64,000 bases of DNA, taken from Escherichia coli (GTDB taxonomy: Bacteria > Pseudomonadota > Gammaproteobacteria > Enterobacterales > Enterobacteriaceae). Position 1 is the stretch's first letter. The number at the start of each line of letters is the position of its first letter. This document shows, piece after piece, positions 55,244-63,286 of this stretch. The notes below the pieces were generated by a model. The model saw nothing but the letters and a program-made list of their open reading frames with translations, was not told where the DNA came from and did not search any database. Made by a program: the position numbers and the translations under genes. The DNA is taken from assembly GCF_048403405.1 (NCBI RefSeq), contig NZ_CP183129.1; one strand, written 5' to 3'.

Positions 55244-55543
55244 ATGAATTTTATTTTTTGGTTTGTGGTCTTAATAGGGGCGGGATATTTGTGGAGGAGG
55301 AGGGGTTGGTTCAGTAAAATAAGGAAGCAATACTCAAGGAGAAAAACAACATTAAATGGTAACAAAGGATGTTTATATAATAAAAAAAATGACAATGATG
55401 CTTTGGAAGGTAATGGGGATTGTAATAATTTTTATTCTGAGAATAAAGAAAGTTTCTTTTGGTTAATGATTGAGAGAGGTATTAAATTTTACAGAAAAGA
55501 ATATTTGACTACGATTACTGAAAAAAATATCATGATAAGTTAG
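55244..55543 (+). CDS. hypothetical protein with N-terminal TM helix; possibly the N-terminal half of a frameshifted gene
   Basis: ATG 55244 with RBS AGGAG; ends at TAG 55541-55543. Confidence 0.4.
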   Translation: MNFIFWFVVLIGAGYLWRRRGWFSKIRKQYSRRKTTLNGNKGCLYNKKNDNDALEGNGDCNNFYSENKESFFWLMIERGIKFYRKEYLTTITEKNIMIS

Positions 55544-55782
55544 TGAGCTGGTTTGGTGAGAAATGTTATATACATTGTCAGGTTAGTTTAGGGAGTTTAT
55601 TTATATTCCCAAAACAAAAAAATTTTACTGATGAAGAACAAAAACGTTTTTTTTCTGTTTGTAATAGAATGTCCTTGGATTTTATTTTAACATTTAAAAC
55701 TAATATGCCCTTCTTACGTGTTTCTGTTGACTCTATGAAAAATAAACCGCCTGTTTGGGATGTTTATGATAAATCCAAATAA
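55543..55782 (+). pseudogene. possible DUF2726-like fragment in +1 frame relative to the upstream ORF
   Basis: GTG-initiated 79-aa ORF with CYIHCQVSLGSLF...SLDFIL, loosely resembling the N-terminal motifs of DUF2726 (recalled, weak). Confidence 0.3.
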
Positions 55783-55870
55783 AAACATATCTGATTGTTG
55801 AGTTTTCGTGATTAAAGATGGCATTGATTATTAATACGATGAAGAACCAACAAGGGGATATTTAATAAAG

Positions 55871-55905
55871 AGAAAAAGGAGGATGTAAAATATTCTCCTT
55901 TTTCT
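55871..55905 (+). terminator. hairpin (11-bp stem) with T-rich tail
   Basis: AGAAAAAGGAG-N13-CTCCTTTTTCT followed by TTATC. Confidence 0.4.
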
Positions 55906-55915
55906 TTATCGGGTA

Positions 55916-55944
55916 TTGACGAAAAAAGAAAGTTTGATTAAATT
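55916..55944 (+). promoter_or_regulatory. sigma70-like promoter of repeat element copy 1
   Basis: -35 TTGACG, 17-bp spacer, -10 TAAATT; predicted start ~55951, immediately 5' of the structured repeat. Confidence 0.4.
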
Positions 55945-55957
55945 TACCACGTTACAC

Positions 55958-56175
55958 CGTTGCTTAATGCAACATTGCCAATGCTTCGGTTGTCTGAGAG
56001 AAGCGCCTACGGGTGACAACAATGCCAATCCGGCAATCTGAGAGGAACGCCTACGGGTGATTGCCACTGCCAATCCTCGGGTCATCTGAGACGAGGGCCT
56101 ACGGGCGATGACAGAACTCCGTTCGTCCTTGAAATCGACGGAGGGTGATAACAGAATAGCGTTATCATCAGGATT
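55958..56175 (+). repeat. structured ~220-bp element, copy 1: three tandem pseudoknot-like units plus two hairpins (candidate ncRNA)
   Basis: Units begin GCCAAT at 55977, 56024, 56069; each has two interleaved stems (e.g. unit 1 GCTTC/GAAGC and GGTTGTC/GACAAC) around conserved loops CTGAGA and GCCTACGGG; ~96% identical to 58392-58612. Confidence 0.85.
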
Positions 56176-56384
56176 AACTGCACTTCAGTGACCATGTCAC
56201 AGCTATCCGGTCACTCGGATATCCACAAAAAAGCAGAGTATGCGATAACGTGTATCTGCCTCTTCTGATGTGTTCTGACGAATACGTCCTGCTTTCTGCA
56301 ACCTTTGTATGCCCGGTATGACGCGTTTCCATTGCGCAGCTTTGGAAAGCGGCATCTTCGGAGCAATACATTGAGCAGCAGAAT

Positions 56385-56432
56385 GATGGGCGTGCGTCAC
56401 TTTCGTCAAGTGAAACGAAGACAAAGTGACGC
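56385..56432. other. long near-perfect hairpin (14-bp stem)
   Basis: GCGTGCGTCACTTT...AAAGTGACGCACGC with an inner secondary stem; in a 650-bp region without convincing ORFs. Confidence 0.7.
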
Positions 56433-56824
56433 ACGCAAGTGCATACGCTCAGAACGCTTCAATACTGGTCTTACAGCAAAACTGACAATCTGACAGACAT
56501 GTAATGCATTGCTCAGAACGGCTGAAAGTCTTTCAACGCTCAACGTTTATATGATGATAAAAACGTATAACATTATGAAAAAAGGAGAAAAAACGACACG
56601 ATACCAAGGCGACGTCAGGAAACTGACGGACGGAGGTGCCCTGATAACGGGGGCCGGTCTGATGACCGCAAACAGTTCAGAGAACTGATTTGATACCTCT
56701 CAACAACTCAACCTTTTATCGCCCCGGTGCTCAGGTATCTGTCAGGTCGCAGGATGCGCAATATAAAACCGTCGCGCCGGGAAAAGGTAACCAGTTGAGA
56801 GCGAAAGAGGCGGAGAATCAGAGA

Positions 56825-57733
56825 ATGTCCAGAAGAGCAAAAGCCCTGTCCCGTGAAATGCATATCCTTGCACGTCAGGCCGGAGGGAGCTTTAAAACCA
56901 TTGCAGACCGGGTCAAAATTGCAGAACGGGTTGCGGCAGAGCTGGCCGGGTTGAATATTCAGATACGATCTGTTGAGCAACTGAAATCCCGCCATATTGA
57001 AATGTATATCCATGCCCGCAGAGAACAGAATATCAGTTTACGCAGCTGTCAAAACGAAATGTCGGCTATCCGGGCGATATTTCGTGTTGCCGGACGTCAT
57101 AAACTGGCTGACCCTAAACATGAGCGCCTCAGTAATGAGGCGCTGGGGCTTTCAGGTGCCAGCAGGGCTGGCACCCGTACCGCGATATCGGACGAGCGCT
57201 TTCACGAAGCGCTCGCTCGGATTGAGCCTTATGATCAGGGGGTGGCATTAACTATGCAGTTATCCCGTAGTCTGGGATTGAGAAATGAAGAAGCCGTGCA
57301 GTCAGTAAAATCATTACGGACCTGGCAACAGGCGCTTAAAAACGGTAAAGATCGCGTTCATGTGGTTTTTGGGACAAAAGGAGGCAGACCCCGTGAAGCA
57401 TTAGTGCCGGATAAAGCCCGTGTATTAACATTAATTAATAAAGCCATTGAATATGCGGATAAACATAACGGTTATTTAATTAATCGTCCGTCATTACATT
57501 CTGCCAAAGATCGTTATATTAATGTGATGCGACGGATAGGCGGATTTATTCACGAAGAATCAAATCATGGTTTACGGTATGCCTATGCTCAGGATGTTGA
57601 AAAATATTATCTCAGTCAGGGATTCAGTCAAAAGGAAGCCTATGCATTAACCTCCATGGATTTAGGGCATGGTGACGGTCGTGGCGATTATATTAAACGG
57701 GTTTATAGTCAGAAAGGAGATATTGAGGAATAA
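56825..57733 (+). CDS. tyrosine recombinase-like protein (small integrase-family)
   Basis: 302 aa from ATG 56825; C-terminal HGLRYAYAQ (H-x-x-R) and LGHGDGRGDYIKRVY (His...Tyr) resemble the catalytic boxes of tyrosine recombinases. Confidence 0.55.
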   Translation: MSRRAKALSREMHILARQAGGSFKTIADRVKIAERVAAELAGLNIQIRSVEQLKSRHIEMYIHARREQNISLRSCQNEMSAIRAIFRVAGRHKLADPKHERLSNEALGLSGASRAGTRTAISDERFHEALARIEPYDQGVALTMQLSRSLGLRNEEAVQSVKSLRTWQQALKNGKDRVHVVFGTKGGRPREALVPDKARVLTLINKAIEYADKHNGYLINRPSLHSAKDRYINVMRRIGGFIHEESNHGLRYAYAQDVEKYYLSQGFSQKEAYALTSMDLGHGDGRGDYIKRVYSQKGDIEE

Positions 57734-57740
57734 GATAAAA

Positions 57741-58352
57741 ATGAAAGTCTGTTTAATTATTTTGTTTATTAATTTTGCTTTTTGTTTTCCGTTAATGGCG
57801 AAGACGTTATTTTTAGGTGATTCATTAACGGCTGTTTATGAAATGTCAGCAAAATATGTTTTGGATGAAAAAATAAAAACAGAATATGTTTCCGGTTCGG
57901 GGTTAATAAATAAAAGTAAAAAAGATTGGATCGCTTTCGTGAATAATTTCGATTTGCGGGAGTTTGATAATGTGATTATTAGTCTCGGAACAAATGATTT
58001 TGTTCAATATGGTTCGGATGAATGGCTGAAATATTACAGTCTGGTATTTCAATTCATTGCTGAAATTCAAAGTGAAAATCCGTTAGCGACAATTGTCTGG
58101 ATATCTCCACCACATTTAAAAAATCCGGAACATGAACGTTATTTAATACATACCCGGCATATAATTAAACACAGTGCGATGTTATTAAATATTCATTATC
58201 TGGATATTAATCAGCCTCATATATTAGGAACGCAATGGCAATCTGTTATTCATAATGAAACTGTACGAACTGATGATGGAATACATATTACCCGTAAAGG
58301 GGGAGTACGGGTGATCAGAGAAGTGGTAAAAATCCTGAATGGGCAGGATTGA
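57741..58352 (+). CDS. secreted SGNH/GDSL-family hydrolase (lipase/esterase)
   Basis: 203 aa from ATG 57741; signal peptide, GDSL block FLGDSLT, catalytic DGIH near the C-terminus; markedly AT-rich. Confidence 0.7.
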   Translation: MKVCLIILFINFAFCFPLMAKTLFLGDSLTAVYEMSAKYVLDEKIKTEYVSGSGLINKSKKDWIAFVNNFDLREFDNVIISLGTNDFVQYGSDEWLKYYSLVFQFIAEIQSENPLATIVWISPPHLKNPEHERYLIHTRHIIKHSAMLLNIHYLDINQPHILGTQWQSVIHNETVRTDDGIHITRKGGVRVIREVVKILNGQD

Positions 58353-58377
58353 CAAAGATAAAAAAACGGCTAAAAAT
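58349..58377 (+). promoter_or_regulatory. sigma70-like promoter of repeat element copy 2
   Basis: -35 TTGACA, 17-bp spacer, -10 AAAAAT; immediately 5' of the structured repeat. Confidence 0.4.
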
Positions 58378-58391
58378 GAATCTGCTTATCT

Positions 58392-58612
58392 CGTTGCGTA
58401 ATGCAACTTGCCAATGCTTCGGTTGTCTGAGAGAAGCGCCTACGGGTGACAACAATGCCAATGTTCCGGCAATCTGAGAGGAACGCCTACGGGTGATTGC
58501 CACTGCCAATCCTCGGGTCATCTGAGACGGGAGCCTACGGGCGATGACAGAACTCCGTTCGTCCTTGAAATCGACGGAGGGTGATAACAGAATAGCGTTA
58601 TCATCAGGATTA
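58392..58612 (+). repeat. structured ~220-bp element, copy 2: three tandem pseudoknot-like units plus two hairpins (candidate ncRNA)
   Basis: Same unit structure as copy 1; unit 2 here has the fuller stem GTTCC/GGAAC. Confidence 0.85.
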
Positions 58613-58643
58613 TTTTTACGCAACGCTTCATATAACCTGCCCG

Positions 58644-58699
58644 CTGACGGGGAAATCACCCGTCATCAGGGAATTTCTCCGTTTTTTCAGGAGAAATTC
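58644..58699 (+). promoter_or_regulatory. two-hairpin 5' leader sequestering the Shine-Dalgarno sequence of the 58701 gene
   Basis: Hairpin 1 CTGACGGGG-AAATCA-CCCGTCATCAG; hairpin 2 GAATTTCTCC-GTTTTTTCA-GGAGAAATTC, whose 3' arm contains the SD AGGAG 7 nt before ATG 58701. Confidence 0.55.
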
Positions 58700-58700
58700 A

Positions 58701-59063
58701 ATGAAGGTATCTACATTTCCGGAATCGTCTTTTTTTGACGATCTGCACTCTCTCACGCAACTGCATCACCTCTCAGGTGAGCTCGACATGGTTCTTGCTT
58801 TTGTCCGTCTGGATATTGGCGAGCACCCGGACGAAGATAATTTTCCGCCAAACTTCTGGATAATCAGTGCCGTTGCAGAGCAACTGGGCGCGTTATCTGT
58901 GGAGGCTGATTTTACCCGTCCACATCTTGAGAAAATGGTCCGCGCTGTCTGGAAAGCGGCTGAGCAAACGCCTTATGCGTCTGACTTTCGCCGTATCTAC
59001 AACGATGCGATCAAAAATGCACAGTTTGAAGATCCGGTTGAAGCGCTGATGTTTGGTGCTTAA
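58701..59063 (+). CDS. hypothetical acidic protein
   Basis: 120 aa; good SD; no recognisable family. Confidence 0.6.
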   Translation: MKVSTFPESSFFDDLHSLTQLHHLSGELDMVLAFVRLDIGEHPDEDNFPPNFWIISAVAEQLGALSVEADFTRPHLEKMVRAVWKAAEQTPYASDFRRIYNDAIKNAQFEDPVEALMFGA

Positions 59064-59084
59064 CGGCGGACATTCACTGATTTT

Positions 59085-59462
59085 ATGACCCATACGGGAA
59101 AACATCCCGTGAGGGCTGTATTCCCTTATCTGAGGATAGCCCTTATGACTCTTTTTACATTGAATTATGGTGTTGCCCACGTAATGTCTGGTATTGCCAG
59201 TTATTTATTTCCGCATTCCCGTGTTTCTCAGCAACTGAAGGCCGTTGCTAATGATGCCCGGATGCTGAAAATCACCGCAGAAGAACTGGAGGTGATACGT
59301 TTGGACGAAAAACGGATGTATCAGAGCGGAGATTACAGAGAACTGCCGTTTATTGAGCTTGATTTGTATACAACGGCATTTCGTTTTGGCGCCCTGATTT
59401 ACTATGGACTCGCAAACCGGTGCCCCCGCATTTTTGCTTCACCGGCTGACAGTCATCGCTGA
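59085..59462 (+). CDS. hypothetical protein
   Basis: 125 aa, one hydrophobic segment; weak RBS. Confidence 0.4.
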   Translation: MTHTGKHPVRAVFPYLRIALMTLFTLNYGVAHVMSGIASYLFPHSRVSQQLKAVANDARMLKITAEELEVIRLDEKRMYQSGDYRELPFIELDLYTTAFRFGALIYYGLANRCPRIFASPADSHR

Positions 59463-59628
59463 GCGGCTCGATCCGGAAATCTGGAATGAAGCCTGGCGCT
59501 GGGGTTACCGCTGCTGCCTGCAACACGAAAATGAAAAGCATGTAACCGACTGATTTAACGGACTCACAGGTGTCAGTCAGCTACCCTGAAATGGGGCTGC
59601 TTCCATTTACTGATCAGGTTTGATAACC

Positions 59629-60051
59629 ATGATTTATGGCATTACCCGCGGACTGTTCTTTGTGGCCGATCACGTCTGTCGCTATTCCCGGAGTTGGGAA
59701 TGGCTGATGTGGCTGGTTGAGGAAGCCCGGACACTGCGAAATGTTGAGGCTGATTTGAAACTGGCTGAAAGGTATGCCGGTGAGCAAAACCGCCCTCATT
59801 CCATTTCGCTGATGAAGTGTACGCTTTATGATGCCGGATTTGCTTACGGCAGATTATTACTGTGGCGTGCGGATGGTCTGATGAGACCCTGGCCGGCATG
59901 TCTGCTTCGCCGTTTACCGGATATCGGTCAGCGGATTGATGCAGTGATCTGGCAGAAAGGCTGTGAAGCCGGCTTGGATGAGACCGTCAGTGAATGGATG
60001 GCAATGGAGATGGCTGATGAATACCTTGTCGGTATCGAACTGAGCGACTGA
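59629..60051 (+). CDS. hypothetical protein
   Basis: 140 aa from ATG 59629 (ORF track begins at an upstream TTG). Confidence 0.5.
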   Translation: MIYGITRGLFFVADHVCRYSRSWEWLMWLVEEARTLRNVEADLKLAERYAGEQNRPHSISLMKCTLYDAGFAYGRLLLWRADGLMRPWPACLLRRLPDIGQRIDAVIWQKGCEAGLDETVSEWMAMEMADEYLVGIELSD

Positions 60052-60085
60052 TTTGCCGGCATTCATTCTTTTTTTACTTACCTAC

Positions 60086-60144
60086 CCGACGGGGAAACTC
60101 CCCGTCAGGTGGACGTTTCTCCGTCTTTTTTTACCGGAGAAACA
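60086..60144 (+). promoter_or_regulatory. two-hairpin 5' leader sequestering the SD of the 60148 gene
   Basis: Hairpin 1 GACGGGG-AAACT-CCCCGTC; hairpin 2 GTTTCTCCG-TCTTTTTTTA-CCGGAGAAAC with SD GGAGA 7 nt before ATG 60148; same architecture as 58644-58699. Confidence 0.55.
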
Positions 60145-60147
60145 CAC

Positions 60148-60504
60148 ATGTCTGTTTTACTGCCAGAAAACAAACCGTTTTCATTTCTGAGTCTGATCAT
60201 GCAACGGCTGTACCGTTTTTATGACCGTATACCGTTTGTTTCGTCAGGGATACCCGGTGAATTACCGTGGATAAGTAACCGAACCGGCCGGCGCGCTTAC
60301 CGTGCGACGGTGGTGAAAGTGAATCCCCGGCAGTTCAGGATCCGCATTACTGTACGTCTGGGCGCGCATTCGAAAGAATACCGCTTTCATTCGTTGATAA
60401 CCTCGCTGGACAGCAGGACATTTTGTTCCATAAAAGCGGCCTCCCGTGCCGGATTTGCACTGACATACCAGCTGGCACAGGTGCGTTATGCCTGGTGTCG
60501 CTGA
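60148..60504 (+). CDS. hypothetical protein
   Basis: 118 aa from ATG 60148. Confidence 0.55.
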   Translation: MSVLLPENKPFSFLSLIMQRLYRFYDRIPFVSSGIPGELPWISNRTGRRAYRATVVKVNPRQFRIRITVRLGAHSKEYRFHSLITSLDSRTFCSIKAASRAGFALTYQLAQVRYAWCR

Positions 60505-60550
60505 TTTGTTGTACTGATAGCACCATTGACTTTTTGTTATGACCCCGCCC

Positions 60551-60592
60551 GGCGGATTGATTTCCGTCAGGAGATGAATCCGCCATTTTTTT
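60551..60592 (+). terminator. putative intrinsic terminator
   Basis: GGCGGATT-N18-AATCCGCC followed by ATTTTTTT. Confidence 0.5.
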
Positions 60593-60614
60593 AATCAGAA
60601 TGAGGATTTATCAC

Positions 60615-61127
60615 ATGGGATATACACATTATTTTACACAAAAACAAAGCGTTGACCCCCTGATGTGGCAGAACTTCCGTGAACATCTGGACAAGCTCTA
60701 TCACCACTATCTGGCCAATCCCATATCCGCAGAGCAGATTTGCGGCGGATACCCAGATAAACCTATTGTGTTGTGTGATGGCCTGGAGGAAAAACGGCTG
60801 AATGATGGCTCATTATTCACCGACGACGGTGAGGCGCTTTGTTTTAACGGTAATGCGGCTGATGACATGAATCATGAGACGTTTATTGTTCAGCGCGAAA
60901 TCCCCGTAGAGGACTACTGGGATTTCTGCAAGACAGCATACAAACCCTATGACGTGTTTGTAGTCGCGGCATTACTGTTGTTGTACAACCTGTGCCCGGG
61001 ATATTTTTCGGTCTCTTCTGACGGGGATATCCGGGACTGGCAGCCGGTGCTGGACTATGTCAGTCAGGTATTTCCTTATCTTATCCTGACGTTACCGGAA
61101 GGGATAGGTTTACCGGAGGCAGGATAA
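60615..61127 (+). CDS. hypothetical protein
   Basis: 170 aa from ATG 60615 (SD GAGGA at 60603-60607); the ORF track begins at an upstream in-frame ATG 60600 with no SD. Confidence 0.55.
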   Translation: MGYTHYFTQKQSVDPLMWQNFREHLDKLYHHYLANPISAEQICGGYPDKPIVLCDGLEEKRLNDGSLFTDDGEALCFNGNAADDMNHETFIVQREIPVEDYWDFCKTAYKPYDVFVVAALLLLYNLCPGYFSVSSDGDIRDWQPVLDYVSQVFPYLILTLPEGIGLPEAG

Positions 61128-61774
61128 TGGCCAGAGCCTGTACGATACGGGAACTGATAGCGGATTTATCCCGCTGCAATCCGGAGGCATTCGTCTTGTG
61201 TGAGATGTGGTTCCCCGATGATGTTACCTATGTTGATGAAACGGCTTGTCCGGCAGAGACACGGGCAACATTAACGCATGTTGCACATCATTTTGATGCG
61301 GAGCTGGGGATCAACTGGGACACGCTGGCGTGTGCGTTATCGTGTGTCAGAGATGCTGAGCAGAAGGGACTCGATATTTACTTTTATGCCAGTGAAAAGC
61401 GTGGTACAGACAAAAGCCGGATACCCGCCTCACGTTACGCAGAAGCGGACAGCGACGGCGATATTGAAGTCGGGTATTTCCGTAAGGTTAATGCGCTGTT
61501 TAAGTGGGTGCATGACCATATCGGGGCTTTTGAGAACTGTGAAAAGGTGCTGGTGACAGAGGCCCATCTGCGGGCTTTACAGCAGGACTTGCAGGCACTG
61601 ACACCGGAAAACTGTCAGACACGGTTCCCGACCACTGAGGGCTTTTTCTTTGGTTCAACGGCTTATGATGAGGCGTACTGGGCTGATGTGGAAGGCGTCA
61701 GACGCTGGCTGTCAGAGATAACGGAGACGTTTGACTTTGACGCAGAGTCACTGTTTTTTGTGGCCTGGTGGTAA
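61127..61774 (+). CDS. hypothetical protein
   Basis: 215 aa; SD GGAGG; start overlaps upstream stop. Confidence 0.6.
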   Translation: MARACTIRELIADLSRCNPEAFVLCEMWFPDDVTYVDETACPAETRATLTHVAHHFDAELGINWDTLACALSCVRDAEQKGLDIYFYASEKRGTDKSRIPASRYAEADSDGDIEVGYFRKVNALFKWVHDHIGAFENCEKVLVTEAHLRALQQDLQALTPENCQTRFPTTEGFFFGSTAYDEAYWADVEGVRRWLSEITETFDFDAESLFFVAWW

Positions 61775-61820
61775 TCAGGTAAGGTGTTTCCCCGGGAAGC
61801 ACTGAACACATTTTAATCAG

Positions 61821-61836
61821 TGTTTCCACTGGAAAC
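61821..61836. promoter_or_regulatory. palindrome TGTTTCCACTGGAAAC upstream of ardC (same motif as the traD repeats)
   Basis: Perfect 16-bp palindrome ~90 bp upstream of ardC ATG, with flanks ATTTTAATCAG / GCCGGTTGAAAATT resembling the 35274-35383 units. Confidence 0.7.
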
Positions 61837-61874
61837 GCCGGTTGAAAATTAACCATATTGTTTTTTCACCTGAT

Positions 61875-61911
61875 GGTGTATCTCACCGTCAGGACGGGAT
61901 ACACCTTTTTT
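61875..61911 (+). terminator. terminator-like hairpin between the palindrome and the ardC start (possible attenuator)
   Basis: GGTGTATC...GATACACC stem followed by TTTTTT, ending 16 bp before ATG 61927. Confidence 0.4.
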
Positions 61912-61926
61912 ATTGAGGGTATTCCG

Positions 61927-62901
61927 ATGAAAAAATCTGACCGTAAACGCCGTCCGGCAGCGGATAAGCCGGTTCGCGATATTTATCAGGAAGTGACTGA
62001 CCGTATTGTGGCCGCGCTGGAAAAAGGCACCCGTCCGTGGAAACGACCATGGCGGCCGTCGGAAGGGACAGGCACCGGTTTTCCGGTGAACGCCCTGACC
62101 GGTCATTCCTACCAGGGGATAAATGTGCTGCTGTTATGGTTGTCGGCGGCGGAGCAGGGCTTTGGTTACGATATCTGGCTGACTTACCGTCAGGCACAGC
62201 AACTGGGTGGCCATGTCCGTAAAGGCGAAATGGCGACGAATACTGTGATATTCAAACCGGTGAAGGTGCCGGCAAAAGACCGTCACGGTGAGCTGCTGCG
62301 GGATGAACACGGTGAGGTGGTGATGACGGAGGTGCCGATGATAAAGGCGAATCCGTTATTTAACATAGCCCAGTGTGATGACCTGCCGGCGCATTTTTAC
62401 GAAAACCGGCGACTACCCGGAGAGGAGACAGCAGGGATAACCCTGCCGGCCACGCACCGGGTGCTGGATATCCTGAATGCCAGCGGCGTGAAGGTGACCA
62501 GTGCGGCGCAGAACCGGGCGTATTACAGTCCGTCACAGGACCGGATTGTGATGCCGCTGTCGTCACAGTTTGACCGGAATGCCGATTACCAGGCCACCTT
62601 ACTGCATGAGTTGGTGCACAGTACCGGTCATCCGTCCAGGCTGGCCCGTGAAGGCATCACCTCATCGTCCCTGAAGTTTGGTGACCCGCTGTACAGTTTT
62701 GAGGAGCTGGTTGCGGAAATGGGCAGCGCTTTTCTTTGTGCGCAGTTAAGCGTCGAGGGAGAAGTGAACCATGAAAGCTATCTTGACAGCTGGCTGCGGG
62801 TACTGAAATCGGACAAAAAAGCGTTGTTCCGGGCCGCCGGGCAGGCCCGCCAGGCCTGTGAGTTTTTACTGAATGTGGCCGCATCCCGACAGGCCGCGTA
62901 G
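61927..62901 (+). CDS. ardC: ArdC-like antirestriction protein (N-terminal ssDNA-binding domain plus C-terminal zincin-like metalloprotease)
   Basis: 324 aa; N-terminal RPWKRPW and GHSYQGINVLLLW motifs, C-terminal HExxH (LLHELVHSTGH). Confidence 0.8.
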   Translation: MKKSDRKRRPAADKPVRDIYQEVTDRIVAALEKGTRPWKRPWRPSEGTGTGFPVNALTGHSYQGINVLLLWLSAAEQGFGYDIWLTYRQAQQLGGHVRKGEMATNTVIFKPVKVPAKDRHGELLRDEHGEVVMTEVPMIKANPLFNIAQCDDLPAHFYENRRLPGEETAGITLPATHRVLDILNASGVKVTSAAQNRAYYSPSQDRIVMPLSSQFDRNADYQATLLHELVHSTGHPSRLAREGITSSSLKFGDPLYSFEELVAEMGSAFLCAQLSVEGEVNHESYLDSWLRVLKSDKKALFRAAGQARQACEFLLNVAASRQAA

Positions 62902-62910
62902 GAGACTGCG

Positions 62911-63210
62911 ATGAACAAAATGACCATTATCCGCTTTCAGTTACTGGTACATCAGTTACTGCAAGTGCATTACGGCATTACGCTGAGTGATACCGGATTG
63001 TCCGATGATGCTGAGGTGTCCCGGATGATTGAACTCGGGATATCGCCGGTATCGGTGGTCAACCGTCTGGTGGATAAGTACCACCTGGATAAACTGAATG
63101 CATCCTGTTATCTGCCGGCATCCCCGTATGTCAGTGACAGCGATGCCTTACTTGCACAGGCTCAGCTGAGCGGTGCCATTAACCCGGATGTCATGCCGGA
63201 TAATCCTTAA
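62911..63210 (+). CDS. hypothetical protein
   Basis: 99 aa; SD GGAGA overlapping ardC stop. Confidence 0.55.
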   Translation: MNKMTIIRFQLLVHQLLQVHYGITLSDTGLSDDAEVSRMIELGISPVSVVNRLVDKYHLDKLNASCYLPASPYVSDSDALLAQAQLSGAINPDVMPDNP

Positions 63211-63231
63211 CGATTAACGACTGACATCTTT

Positions 63232-63286
63232 CCCGTGAGGGCTTGTTCCTCACGGGATAAGCCCTCTTTTTTATTCTGAAAAGAGG
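63232..63286 (+). promoter_or_regulatory. two-hairpin 5' leader sequestering the SD of the 63295 gene
   Basis: Hairpin 1 CCCGTGAGG-GCTTGTT-CCTCACGGG; hairpin 2 CCTCTTTT-TTATTCTG-AAAAGAGG whose 3' arm contains the SD GAGGA 8 nt before ATG 63295. Confidence 0.5.

Noticed and set aside
55977..56113. CRISPR array interpretation of the tandem units
   Set aside because: Units are not identical direct repeats separated by unique spacers; the same element recurs 2.4 kb away; no cas genes in the window.
55977..56113. Partition centromere or iteron (sopC-like) interpretation of the tandem units
   Set aside because: The inverted-repeat arms differ between units while the loops are conserved, which is the opposite of a dsDNA protein-binding site; no parA/parB-like genes nearby.
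58315..58738. ORFs 58315..58659 (minus) and 58544..58738 (plus) overlapping repeat copy 2
   Set aside because: They lie across strongly structured repeat sequence with promoter and terminator-like features, and the equivalent frames are not conserved in copy 1.
58392..59063. Type III toxin-antitoxin (ToxIN-like) locus with the 58701 gene as toxin
   Set aside because: The repeat units are not identical, copy 1 has no adjacent comparable ORF, and the 120-aa product is acidic rather than a basic ToxN-like endoribonuclease; kept only as a low-probability hypothesis.
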